This document shows, one piece after another, positions 46,915-56,040 of a stretch of 64,000 bases of DNA. The DNA is from Acidimicrobiia bacterium. Its GTDB lineage: Bacteria > Actinomycetota > Acidimicrobiia > IMCC26256 > JAENVU01. Both the position numbers and the translations under genes were made by a program. The stretch lies in NCBI GenBank assembly GCA_031362155.1, contig JANLRZ010000185.1:6282-70281 (forward strand), given 5' to 3'. The first letter of the stretch is position 1. Each line of letters begins with the position of its first letter. Under the pieces are notes generated by a model. The model ran no database searches, was not told where the DNA came from, and saw only the letters and a program-made list of their open reading frames with translations.

Positions 46915-47915
46915 GGGTCTTCGGATGCTGAGGGCAACACCGCCGCGCTGAGTTCGGGGAAGACCTTCGCGACCTTGGTCATGAGGTACTGGCCGTAGGT
47001 TCCGTCGAACGCGTGAACGCTGGTGCCGTCCCATCGGCGGCCGGCATCGTCGGGCGGCGGATCGCCGGATAGCGGGAGCGCGCCGACGCGTGCGTCCCAG
47101 TCGGGATCGAAGAAGAACGGGATCGAGATGCGGTCTCGATCGGTCGGCGAAACGACCCGGTGGGCTGTAGATCGATAGCGGCCGCCGGTCAGGCGATCGA
47201 GCATGTCGCCGATGTTGCACACCAGTGCCGATGAATCGGGCGGGAGGTCGATCCAACCCCGGTCGCTGCGGACTTGGAGTCCGCCGGACGCGTCCTGCCA
47301 CAGCAGCGTGAGGAATCCATAGTCGGTGTGCTCGCCAACGCCGCGGGTAGCTCCGGGCGTGGCCGGATACTGAAAGAGCCTCAGCAACACCACCGGGTCC
47401 CGAAACCACCGGTCGTTGAGCGTGTCGGCCCCGAGTCCGAGTGCGTAGGAGATCGCTCGGGTCAGATGATGGCCGAGCGCTTCGAGCGACTGCAGGTAGG
47501 CGGACACGGCCGGACGAAGTGCCGCGGGATGGTCGGGCCAGAGGTTCGGGCCGTGCAACGGGAGTCCGTGCGCCACCCTCGGATCAGTCGGCGGCAGCTC
47601 ACGGCCGAAGTAGTAGCCCTCCTTGTGGTCGGCCACGCCGGAGGTGAGCTCACCGTCGAGCGGGAACCAGCCTCGCCACGCCACCCCGCCCCGACTCATC
47701 GCGACCTGCTGCTTGTCGGCCGTCGGCGACGCGAAGAACTCGCGTGCGAGCGCGGCGACGGCTTCGCTCCGGGTCGGGTCGATCCCGTGGTTGATGACCG
47801 AGAAGAAGCCGAACTCTCGACACGCCCGATCGATGGCCGCGGCGACCGATTCGATGTCGCAGCCGTCGAGGAGTGGCGCAACGTCGATGGTCGGGACGAC
47901 AACCAGATCGTTCAC
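46911..47915 (-). CDS. 2OG-Fe(II) oxygenase (isopenicillin-N-synthase-like family)
   Basis: ..FGFFSVINHGI.., ..HTDYGFLTLL.., ..YRSTAHRV.. (HxD...H, RxS). Confidence 0.85.
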   Translation of the reverse strand: MNDLVVVPTIDVAPLLDGCDIESVAAAIDRACREFGFFSVINHGIDPTRSEAVAALAREFFASPTADKQQVAMSRGGVAWRGWFPLDGELTSGVADHKEGYYFGRELPPTDPRVAHGLPLHGPNLWPDHPAALRPAVSAYLQSLEALGHHLTRAISYALGLGADTLNDRWFRDPVVLLRLFQYPATPGATRGVGEHTDYGFLTLLWQDASGGLQVRSDRGWIDLPPDSSALVCNIGDMLDRLTGGRYRSTAHRVVSPTDRDRISIPFFFDPDWDARVGALPLSGDPPPDDAGRRWDGTSVHAFDGTYGQYLMTKVAKVFPELSAAVLPSASEDP

Positions 47916-47918
47916 CGG

Positions 47919-49004
47919 TCAGGAGATCATGCCGTCGAGCAGGGTACGGAACATGATGAGGTCGTCCGGGTCGTCGGGCTTGTCCATCTGGCCGTAGGCC
48001 ATCCCCCGGGTACTCGTGCGGACCGACACGATCGCGAATCGCAGCGCGCCGAACACCTCGTACCAGTGCAGCGGCTGGGGCGAGTAGCCGGTCAGCCGTT
48101 CGTACTCCGCGGCCACCACTTCCGGCGTCATGAATTCGGGCAGGCCGGGGAACTCGAACCGGGTGGCGAGGTCCTGGAAGAACCGGTGGAGGAACACCAT
48201 CCAGGCGATGTCGACCTCGCGGGGCCCGACCGTGGCCATCTCCCAATCCAAGACGGCGACCGGTGTGAAGTCGCGGTAGAGCATGTTGCCGATCCGGCTG
48301 TCGCCCCAGTTCAGCACCGCCTCGGGCTCGGCGGGTCGGTTGGCGGTCAGCCAGTCGAAGGTCCGCTCGATCAGCGGATACGTCACGCCCTCCCGGGCCC
48401 ACTCGTAGTAGCTGCGCTGACCTTCGAGCTGTGCGGTCATCGCGGACCCCGACGCGTCCGGGCCGGTGATGAAACTCAGGTCGGCATTGGCGGGAGTGAT
48501 CGAGTGGACTTGGCCCAGCACCGCGACCGACGTCCGCAGGAGGGTGTCACGCTCCTCCGGCGTTGCGTCCATCACCCATCCGCCGAAGACGTAGGGCGGA
48601 ACGTCTGGCGCGGCCTCGCCGTCGACCCGTTCCATCACGAGAAACGGGGTTCCCAACCAGGCGGGATCGGTCTCGAGATGACGACATATCGGTGCCGGTG
48701 CGCTCGTGCGCTCGCGGACGAGATCCATGCATCGTTTCTGGAGGTCGAGGTCGTAGGTTTCGAACACCGGATACACGTCGGGCAGCGGTGCGAGCCGGGC
48801 GACCAGACGTTCCGCGGTGCCAACGGGCTGGACCACGGTGAAGAGCACCGTCTCGCTCGACATCCCGTTGCCGGGCTCGCCGATGTCCTCGACCCGCGTC
48901 CCGGCGCCGAAGACGTGCTCGGCCCAACGGCCCAGCGCCGGTTCGGTATCCGCGGGGTCTCGCCGCCACGGGGTGGTCATCGCCTCGGGATCAAGATCGG
49001 CCAT
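47919..49004 (-). CDS. Phosphotransferase (APH/choline-kinase-like) family protein
   Basis: ..VLNWGDSRIGNMLY.. catalytic loop and ..VLDWEMA.. motif. Only 3 nt separate it from the downstream oxygenase gene. Confidence 0.8.
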   Translation of the reverse strand: MADLDPEAMTTPWRRDPADTEPALGRWAEHVFGAGTRVEDIGEPGNGMSSETVLFTVVQPVGTAERLVARLAPLPDVYPVFETYDLDLQKRCMDLVRERTSAPAPICRHLETDPAWLGTPFLVMERVDGEAAPDVPPYVFGGWVMDATPEERDTLLRTSVAVLGQVHSITPANADLSFITGPDASGSAMTAQLEGQRSYYEWAREGVTYPLIERTFDWLTANRPAEPEAVLNWGDSRIGNMLYRDFTPVAVLDWEMATVGPREVDIAWMVFLHRFFQDLATRFEFPGLPEFMTPEVVAAEYERLTGYSPQPLHWYEVFGALRFAIVSVRTSTRGMAYGQMDKPDDPDDLIMFRTLLDGMIS

Positions 49005-49110
49005 TGGGTTTCCTTGTCACGTCGGGCGGATACGGTGCGGCGAGGTCGGGCGGTGGGAGCGTGGGGATCGACGTTGCCCGTCCGTCGCCGGAACGGAAGG
49101 ATCGAACCCC

Positions 49111-49944
49111 ATGCTCGCTGCAACCGTGCTGGCCCTGGCGGCCGCCTTGTTGCATGCAGCCTGGAACTTACTCATCAAAACTGCCGACGATCGCGATCTG
49201 GCCGCATGGGGTCAGTACGTCTTCGGGGCGGTGGCGCTGGCACCGGTCTTGGCGTTCACCGGCCTCCCGGATCTGGCGGCCTTGCCGTTTCTGGGCGTCT
49301 CGGCGGTCGTGCACATCTTCTACGTCCGGGCGCTCGTGGCGGCGTATGTCCACGGCGATTTCTCATTGGCCTATCCGCTCGCCCGAGGAGGAGGCGCGCT
49401 CGTCGCCTCGCTCGTGGGCGTGGTCGCGCTCGGCGACGGATTGAGTGTCGGCGGCTGGCTGGCATTGCTGGTCGTGTTCGCCGGGCTGGCGTCGTTGGTA
49501 CGGCCCGGGACGCCCCGGGTGGAGGTGGTGTACGCGTTGCTCACGGCGGTGCTGATCGGCACCTACACCGTGATCGATGCCGCGGGCGCCCGACACACGA
49601 GCAACGGGTTTGCCTACGGCGTGGCCCTGACCGGGATGAGTGGGCTGGCATTGTCGGTCGTCTACCTGGGCCAGGGCCGGGGGCCGGCATTCGCGGTATC
49701 GATACGCCGGGGCTGGCCTCGCCACCTCGTGTCGGGCATATTTCTGGCGACGGCCTACTCGTTGGTGCTTGTCGCGGTGCGATTCGCATCGGTCGCCTAC
49801 GTCGCGACCCTGCGAGAGTCCTCGGTCGTGCTCGGAGCCGGGCTCGGTTGGTTGGTCCTGCACGAACGACTCGGCGGGCGCAGGTTGGTGTCGGCCGTGG
49901 TCGTGACCGCGGGCCTGGTGGGGCTGATCGTGGCGCAGGTCTAA
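49111..49944 (+). CDS. EamA/DMT-family transporter
   Basis: About 10 hydrophobic helices in two repeats. ATG 49111 follows GGAAGGA. Confidence 0.7.
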   Translation: MLAATVLALAAALLHAAWNLLIKTADDRDLAAWGQYVFGAVALAPVLAFTGLPDLAALPFLGVSAVVHIFYVRALVAAYVHGDFSLAYPLARGGGALVASLVGVVALGDGLSVGGWLALLVVFAGLASLVRPGTPRVEVVYALLTAVLIGTYTVIDAAGARHTSNGFAYGVALTGMSGLALSVVYLGQGRGPAFAVSIRRGWPRHLVSGIFLATAYSLVLVAVRFASVAYVATLRESSVVLGAGLGWLVLHERLGGRRLVSAVVVTAGLVGLIVAQV

Positions 49945-51152
49945 CGCTCGCTCGAGAGTCGGACGGGAAGCTCTTTCAACGCGTTGTTCAGATTCGAACG
50001 CTGCCGACGGGCCGGACCGATCTGCGTGATGGTCGGGAAATAGTCGAGCAGTTCCTCGAAGAACACGCGACCTTCGAGCCGGGCGAGATGGATCCCGAGG
50101 CAGAAGTGCTCGCCGGTGCCGAAGGACAGGTGGGGATTCGGGTCGCGATGGATGTCGAACTCGTTCGGCCGCACGAACACCGTCTCGTCGCGGTTGGCCG
50201 AGGTGTACATCATCGCGACCTTGTCTCCCGCCTTGATCTCCGCGGGGCCGAGGGTGGTGTCGGCGGTCGCGGTCCGCCGGAAATAGTGGAGGGGATTGGC
50301 GTAGCGCAGGATCTCCTCGACTGCTGACGGGATGAGCGACCGGTCGGCCCGTAACTCCGAGAGTTGTTCCGGGTGGTCGAGCAGGGCCAAGAGGCCCGAC
50401 GACAACATCGTGCGGGTGGTGTCGTTCCCCGCGGTGACGAGCTGGACGAAGAAGCTTCCGAACTGGATGTCGGTCATCGCTTCACCGTCGACCTCGACGG
50501 CGAGCATCACGGTCGTGAGGTCATCAGCGGGCTCCGCCCGCCGTTGGCCGGCGAGACCGATCGCATACATCGCCATCTCGACCGTCGCGCTCATCGCCGC
50601 TTCGGCGGCGTCGGGGTCGGCCGCCATGATGTCGGGGTCCTGGCTGCCGGAGTTCATCTCCGACCAGTGATGGATCTTGGGCCAATCGGCTTCCGGGATG
50701 CCCATGAGTTCACCGACGACCTGGGACGGAAGCCGGGCGCAGACGTCGTGGACGAAGTCGAGGTCGCGGTCGGCGGAGTCGCGCATGATGGTCTGGCAAA
50801 TCTGGCGGATGCGGCCCTCGAGCTGGCCCATGACCTTCGGCGCAAAATGAGGAGACGCACTCCGTCGGTACCCGAGGTGGCGCGGCGGGTCCATCGCCAA
50901 GAGCATGTCTTGCATCATCGCCAGATTCTCGGGCGAGAGATCCTCGAGCACGACCCCTCCCGTCGCCGCCGAGTAGAGGAGTGGCTCGCGAGCCACCGTG
51001 ACAAGGTCGGCGTGGCGCAGCACGGCCCAATAGCCGGTGCCGTCGGGCATGTCCTGCCACACGACGGGCTGTTCACGGCGGAGCCGGGCAAAGAGTTCGT
51101 GGGGAGGACCCGCGACGTAGGAGTCCGGACTGTAGAAGTCGATCGCCGTCAT
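49941..51152 (-). CDS. Cytochrome P450
   Basis: Heme-ligand loop FGTGEHFCLG, I-helix ..AGNDTT.., EEILR (ExxR). Confidence 0.9.
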   Translation of the reverse strand: MTAIDFYSPDSYVAGPPHELFARLRREQPVVWQDMPDGTGYWAVLRHADLVTVAREPLLYSAATGGVVLEDLSPENLAMMQDMLLAMDPPRHLGYRRSASPHFAPKVMGQLEGRIRQICQTIMRDSADRDLDFVHDVCARLPSQVVGELMGIPEADWPKIHHWSEMNSGSQDPDIMAADPDAAEAAMSATVEMAMYAIGLAGQRRAEPADDLTTVMLAVEVDGEAMTDIQFGSFFVQLVTAGNDTTRTMLSSGLLALLDHPEQLSELRADRSLIPSAVEEILRYANPLHYFRRTATADTTLGPAEIKAGDKVAMMYTSANRDETVFVRPNEFDIHRDPNPHLSFGTGEHFCLGIHLARLEGRVFFEELLDYFPTITQIGPARRQRSNLNNALKELPVRLSSER

Positions 51153-51182
51153 CGCAGGTCCTCCCGAAGTTCAGTTCACGGC

Positions 51183-52217
51183 TCAGCAGCTCCGTGGTGC
51201 GAGCCACGCTACCGGGAGCCATCCCCGAGCGAGCGCCTGCACCGACTGGGTCGTCGCGAACGTGTTCACCGGCGGGAACGCGTCATTCGCGCTCGCGATG
51301 TGTCCGTCGGCGGCCTGTTGACTGCGCAGCCAGTTCACCGGGCTGCCGTAGGCCGTCCCCGTCTTCGCCGGACGCGCCGTGTCGCGCCAGCAGGACGTGG
51401 TGACGTCGAAGCCCGTTGCGGTAATGGCGACCACTGCGGTCGCAGTGGAGTTGGGGTCGTCCGCGCCGAACGCTTGCCACGAACCGTTCGCCTTCTGGTT
51501 GTCGGCGAGGAACTGGAGGGCCTTCACGAGGTTCGCGTCGGTCGAGGTCGCTTTGCCGGCCACCAACGCTTGGACCGCCAGGGCGGTCGAATCGACGTCG
51601 AGGTCGGTTCCCGTGTTGTCGCCCGCGAAGTTCCAGCCGCCGTTGGCCTGCTGGGCGGCACGGATCATTGCGAGCGTGGGTGCGGGCACGTCACCCGTGG
51701 TCTGCTGCTTGGCCAATGCGGCGTACAGCGTGGCGTTGAACGCTCCGTAGGAACCGTCGGGTGCCGCCCCGGAGTCGACCACCGCGACGAGGTTGCGGGC
51801 ACCATCAGACTGCGGATCGAACGCGGTCGGGCTCAGACCGAGAGGCTTGGCCACGAGCACGATCAGCTTCGCCGCCTGACCCGCGTTCAGCGTGCCGTCG
51901 GCGAAATCGTCGAGCGCGTCGAGTGCGGACTTGTTGTTCTTCTTCATCGCCAGCACCGCGTTGCGGGCCACCGTGGTGTCCCAGCCGAACTTGGTTTGGG
52001 CGGGTTCGGCGATGGCGACGACCGCATCGGGCGTTTCGAAGCCCGCGAATCCGGAGACCTCGAAGGAACCGTCGGTCTGTTGTTGAGATGCCAACCAGGT
52101 GGTGGCCTTGGTGAGCACTGGTGAGTTCTCCGCCACGCCGAACCCGGTGAATTTGCACCCGGAAATGGCGACGGCGGTGAACAGCGTGCCCACGAGCACG
52201 CGACGTAGGGATTGCAT
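51183..52217 (-). CDS. Lipoprotein with prenyltransferase / squalene-cyclase-type (alpha/alpha toroid) repeats
   Basis: ATG 52217 follows GGAGG. Lipobox AISGC. Repeated Q-x-x-x-G-(S/G)-(F/W) units: QQQTDGSF, QQANGGW, NQKANGSW, QQAADGH. Confidence 0.75.
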   Translation of the reverse strand: MQSLRRVLVGTLFTAVAISGCKFTGFGVAENSPVLTKATTWLASQQQTDGSFEVSGFAGFETPDAVVAIAEPAQTKFGWDTTVARNAVLAMKKNNKSALDALDDFADGTLNAGQAAKLIVLVAKPLGLSPTAFDPQSDGARNLVAVVDSGAAPDGSYGAFNATLYAALAKQQTTGDVPAPTLAMIRAAQQANGGWNFAGDNTGTDLDVDSTALAVQALVAGKATSTDANLVKALQFLADNQKANGSWQAFGADDPNSTATAVVAITATGFDVTTSCWRDTARPAKTGTAYGSPVNWLRSQQAADGHIASANDAFPPVNTFATTQSVQALARGWLPVAWLAPRSC

Positions 52218-52261
52218 GGAAGAACCTCCGGAGGCCCCTTTCCACGAGGGCCTCATGTCGT

Positions 52262-52432
52262 GCCGCAGGGTGCGGCGACGGATACGAGCGTCGGACCGGT
52301 CGGACCGACGGAGGGCGGCGGGGATCTGGCTCAGGAGCAGGTCGCTCCATCACAGTTGCGGGTCAGCGCCGGAATCACACCGGCTTCTCCCGTACCGAAC
52401 TCGGGCGGGACTCTAGACCTCAAGGGTGCGTT
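52262..52432 (-). promoter_or_regulatory. Cobalamin (B12) riboswitch in the 5' leader of the lipoprotein gene
   Basis: The minus-strand RNA reads ..GGUACGGGAGAAGCCGGUGUGAUUCCGGCGCUGACCCGCAACUGUGA.., which is the conserved cobalamin aptamer core. This is followed by a GGAGC/GCUCC hairpin and the B12-box-like GAGCCAGAUCCCCGCC. The RBS is embedded in the CCUCCGGAGG palindrome. Confidence 0.75.
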
Positions 52433-52476
52433 CGGCACAAACGCGACGCCCGCCCTGCTCGCGCCGACCGACTCGG

Positions 52477-52833
52477 TCAGGCGGCGTGGGCCCGGAGATC
52501 GTCGATGGTCGCCCATTCGAGGACGAGCGCGTGGGTTGCCTCCAGCACGACCTTCGGCGCGCGACCGGCCTCGAAGGCCTCGACCCACCGGGCTGCACAG
52601 AGACACCACTGGTCGCCGGGGGCGAGGCCGGGGAACCCGTACTCGGGCATCGGGGTCGAGAGGTCGTTGCCGACGCCGCGGCTGAAGTCGAGGAACTCGC
52701 CCGTCATCACCACGCAGACCGCGTGCAGCCCGACGTCTTCTCCGCCGGAGTTACAGCAGCCGTCGCGAAAGAACCCGGTGAGGGGATCGAAACTGCAGGG
52801 GACAAGTTCGGTGCCGAGCACGTTCTGGGCCAT
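52477..52833 (-). CDS. DUF2237-family protein
   Basis: ..LVPCSFDPLTGFFRDGCCNSGGEDVGLHAVC..GNDLSTP..PGDQWCLCAARW.. is the characteristic DUF2237 sequence. Confidence 0.75.
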   Translation of the reverse strand: MAQNVLGTELVPCSFDPLTGFFRDGCCNSGGEDVGLHAVCVVMTGEFLDFSRGVGNDLSTPMPEYGFPGLAPGDQWCLCAARWVEAFEAGRAPKVVLEATHALVLEWATIDDLRAHAA

Positions 52834-52845
52834 CCCGCTATTCCA

Positions 52846-52889
52846 TCACGGATCGGGCCGTCACGGATCGGGCCGTCACGGATCGGGGA
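52846..52889. repeat. 15-bp tandem repeat, about 3 units
   Basis: TCACGGATCGGGCCG occurs twice, plus TCACGGATCGGGGA. It spans the alkB stop codon and the alkB-DUF2237 spacer. Confidence 0.85.
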
Positions 52890-53517
52890 GATCGGTGGAG
52901 TGGGGCACGCCGAGCGTCCACCGCCAGGAGATCGAGATTCGCGGTCCCGATCGGGCGGTCTTGGGCACCGCGTGTTCCCAGCCACGCTGCGCGCTGCCGC
53001 CCATGACGATGAGATCGCCGGAACCGGGCCGCAGGTCGATGCTCGGGCCGCCGCCGATCGGGCGGATGAGGAAGGGCCGGCGGGTCCCGAGCGTCACGAT
53101 CGCGACGATCGTGTCGTCGAGGGTCCGGAGTTCGCGATCGGAATGCCATGCGACGCTGTCGCGACCGTCCCGGTAGTAGTTGAACCCGGGCCGACGGAAC
53201 CGGCGGCGGTACGTGGCCTCGAGTGCGTGGTGAAGCCGCGGGATCATGTGATCGACGGGTGGGTCGCTCATGCGCGCCCAGTACGACAGCCGCGGATCGT
53301 CGAGGACTTGGTCCCACATCCGGCGGCGGCCCTGCCGCCACGGCACTGCCCTGATCAGCCGATCGAGCAGCACGTCGCCGCCGAGCACCCAGTCGCGGCT
53401 GACGTCGACCCAGGCGCTCGTGTCGAGCTGGATTCGCTCGAACGGGGGCGACTCCCGCAACGACGGGTCGACCACCCCGAACAACGTTGTTTGGAGCCCT
53501 GACATCGGGTTCGCCAT
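52876..53517 (-). CDS. alkB: Alpha-ketoglutarate-dependent dioxygenase AlkB
   Basis: ..NYYRDGRDSVAWHSDRE.. (HxD), ..GDLIVMGG..RGWEHAVPK.., ..RISISWR... Confidence 0.8.
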   Translation of the reverse strand: MANPMSGLQTTLFGVVDPSLRESPPFERIQLDTSAWVDVSRDWVLGGDVLLDRLIRAVPWRQGRRRMWDQVLDDPRLSYWARMSDPPVDHMIPRLHHALEATYRRRFRRPGFNYYRDGRDSVAWHSDRELRTLDDTIVAIVTLGTRRPFLIRPIGGGPSIDLRPGSGDLIVMGGSAQRGWEHAVPKTARSGPRISISWRWTLGVPHSTDLPDP

Positions 53518-53546
53518 GCCCGTCAGTGTATCGAACAGATGTTTGG

Positions 53547-54230
53547 TCAGGCGTCGGATGGGGGTTGGTACATCCCGACCGGGAGGGTCGTGCGCAGGGA
53601 GAAGCCGAGCCGCCTGTACATGGCGATCGCCGACGCGTTCCCATCGCGGACGTGCAGGAAGGGCAATGCGCCATCGGCGAGGATCGTGTCGAGCACCGCC
53701 AGGGTCGCCACCGCGGCCAGACCGCGGCCGCGGTGCGCCTCGTCGGTGCACACCGCGCTGATCTCGACGGCGTCGGGGAGTCGCATGCGTTGACCGGCCG
53801 CGGCAACGAGCACCCCGTCGATGCGCACGCCGAAGAACCGACCGAGTTCGTGCGTTCGTTCGGCCCACGGTCCGGGCGCGGTGGTGGTGACCAATGCCGT
53901 GAGCTCCGCGAGGTCGTCCGGGCCGAGTTCGACGGCGCGCGCGCCATGATCGGCTGCGGCGGGCGGGACCGCTCGATCGAACACCATCTGGTGGACCGCG
54001 AACGACCCCAGCGCGCTCCAGCCAGGACCGGGCTCGAGCGGCGGGAGGAGAATTGCGGGGCCTTCGCTCAAGGCCGCCAGTGCCGCCCACGATGCTTCGT
54101 CGGGGTCGTCGGGCAGACCTGCGAACACCGAGAAGTCCGGCGGGTAGCGCACGGCCCTCGCGTCACCCTCGGCTACCGTGACCTGCGGTCCGGTCAATGC
54201 ATGCCACACGGGGTTGTCGAGTGGATTCAC
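53547..54230 (-). CDS. GNAT-family N-acetyltransferase
   Basis: ..VCTDEAHRGRGLAAVATLAV.. acetyl-CoA-binding motif, ..AIAMYRRLGF... Confidence 0.75.
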   Translation of the reverse strand: MNPLDNPVWHALTGPQVTVAEGDARAVRYPPDFSVFAGLPDDPDEASWAALAALSEGPAILLPPLEPGPGWSALGSFAVHQMVFDRAVPPAAADHGARAVELGPDDLAELTALVTTTAPGPWAERTHELGRFFGVRIDGVLVAAAGQRMRLPDAVEISAVCTDEAHRGRGLAAVATLAVLDTILADGALPFLHVRDGNASAIAMYRRLGFSLRTTLPVGMYQPPSDA

Positions 54231-54274
54231 GGGCTGATCCTCGCAGCTCTAGCTGGGTGGGAGGTGCCCATTTC

Positions 54275-55129
54275 ATGACGTCGACCGAAGTGAATGCGGT
54301 GGCGAATGCGGTCGCGGTCATCGAACGCGACGGCTACATCGTGCTCGAAGACGCCATCGAACCCGAGTTGCGTACTCAGCTCCGGGATACCCTCCGCCGG
54401 CTCGAAGGCGAACTCGGGGTCACGCCCCGTGCCACCGCGGCCGAAGGCCACGCGACGAAGCGGATGTACAACCTCCTGGCTCGCGATCCGATCTTCGTCG
54501 AGATGCCGATCCATCCAGCCGTGTTGCCGATCGTCGAATCGCTCCTCGACCGTGGGTGCCTCCTCTCGGGGATGACGTCGATCGACATCGGGCCGGGTGA
54601 GGAGCCGCAACCGATGCACGGTGACGACGTCGTGATGTCCCGCCACCTTCAGCGGCCGCACGCGCCGATGATGGTGACGAGCATGTGGGCGTTGACCGAC
54701 TTCACCGCCGAGAATGGTGGTACTTGGTTCGTACCGGGCTCGCACCGCTGGGCCGATGTTCCCGGCACCAACGGTGAGATCCCCGACGGGATCGAGGTCC
54801 GCAAGCTCGAGATGGCAGCCGGCAGCGTCATGGTCTTCCACGGCAGCCTCTGGCACGGCGGGGGCGCGAATACGACGGCCGACGAGTGGCGCCTCGGCGT
54901 CAACGTCCAGTACTGCCCGGGCTTCGTGCGCCAGCAACAGAACCCCTACTTCTCGGTTCCGGCGGAGACGGCCGCGACCTTTCCCGACCGACTGTTGGGT
55001 CTGTTGGGATATCGCCTGTACAAGGGGATCATGGGGCACGTCGACGGCAAGAGCCCGGGCGAAGTGGTCTTCGGTCAACGGATGGCCGAGGTTGCCTACC
55101 GCGACGCGGAGACTCGTCGACAATCGTGA
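54275..55129 (+). CDS. Phytanoyl-CoA dioxygenase (PhyH)-family Fe(II)/2OG oxygenase, copy 1
   Basis: ..RDGYIVLEDAI.., ..PMHGDD.. (HxD), ..NGGTWFVPGSH.., ..FHGSLWHGGGAN... Confidence 0.8.
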   Translation: MTSTEVNAVANAVAVIERDGYIVLEDAIEPELRTQLRDTLRRLEGELGVTPRATAAEGHATKRMYNLLARDPIFVEMPIHPAVLPIVESLLDRGCLLSGMTSIDIGPGEEPQPMHGDDVVMSRHLQRPHAPMMVTSMWALTDFTAENGGTWFVPGSHRWADVPGTNGEIPDGIEVRKLEMAAGSVMVFHGSLWHGGGANTTADEWRLGVNVQYCPGFVRQQQNPYFSVPAETAATFPDRLLGLLGYRLYKGIMGHVDGKSPGEVVFGQRMAEVAYRDAETRRQS

Positions 55130-56040
55130 CGAGCGACGTGGAATTAGCGATTCAGCCGCACGCGCCCGAGCGCGCGCGTGCGGTGCGCCGGCTGACGATT
55201 GCCGCGGCGTTGTGCGCACTTGCCCTAGTGGTGCTCACCGTCGTCTTCGTCGGGACTCGCGCCGGTCAACGCGTCGACGACGCCGCGCTCCGCGGGCAAG
55301 TCGTCGAACACCCGCGGACTGCCGCGCGTTCGGATCGATTGTTGCGCACGATCTCGGTGGGATCGTTGACGTTCTTCGGGGTGTCCCTCGTGGCGATCGC
55401 CGCCGCTCGCGGGCGCCGATATCTCGCGCTTGGTGTCGGCACGATCATCGCCGGCTCGAACATCACCACGCAGGTCTACAAAGCCTTGATCGATCGACCC
55501 CAGCTCCTCCCGCTCGGGGAACGGCTCATCAACTTCAACACCCTCCCGAGCGGTCACAGCACCGTCGCGGCGTCGCTCGCGGCCGGCCTCGTACTGGTCG
55601 CACCCGTCCGGCTGCGACCGGTGGCGGCCACCATCGGCGCGCTGTACGCGTGCGGAATGGCCGCGATGACGCTCGCCGCCGGCTGGCACCGGCCCAGCGA
55701 TGCGGTGAGCGCGTTTGTGGTGGTGGGAATGTGGACCTTCGGCGTGTGCGCGGTGCTGATCGCGACCCGGGGCACCGGATCGCCGCGGGTGCACGAGGGG
55801 CTCCCGGGTCTCGTGATCGGCATGGTCGCAGTGATGACGCTCGCGTTCTCGGTGATTCTCATCTCGACCACGATCGACACGGCCGACGGTTTTCGCGCGG
55901 TCCGGTTGGGGGTCGCCTACGTGGTCGCGCTCGGGTCGATCGTCGTGACCGGCGTCGCCTTCATCATCACCGAGGTGTTGTTGCTGCGCGGTATCAGTCT
56001 CGACGTTCCCCGGCGCGACCGAACCAGCCGCTGGACCTAG
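55126..56040 (+). CDS. PAP2-family membrane (lipid) phosphatase
   Basis: GTG 55126 forms a GTGA overlap with the PhyH stop. Motifs K..IDRP, PSGHS, ..WHRPSD... Multiple TM helices. Confidence 0.75.
   Translation: MTSDVELAIQPHAPERARAVRRLTIAAALCALALVVLTVVFVGTRAGQRVDDAALRGQVVEHPRTAARSDRLLRTISVGSLTFFGVSLVAIAAARGRRYLALGVGTIIAGSNITTQVYKALIDRPQLLPLGERLINFNTLPSGHSTVAASLAAGLVLVAPVRLRPVAATIGALYACGMAAMTLAAGWHRPSDAVSAFVVVGMWTFGVCAVLIATRGTGSPRVHEGLPGLVIGMVAVMTLAFSVILISTTIDTADGFRAVRLGVAYVVALGSIVVTGVAFIITEVLLLRGISLDVPRRDRTSRWT

Noticed and set aside
52846-52889. Tandem repeat considered as a mini-CRISPR array.
   Set aside because: There are only about 3 directly abutting 15-bp units with no spacers, and no cas genes are present. 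It is a simple tandem duplication.
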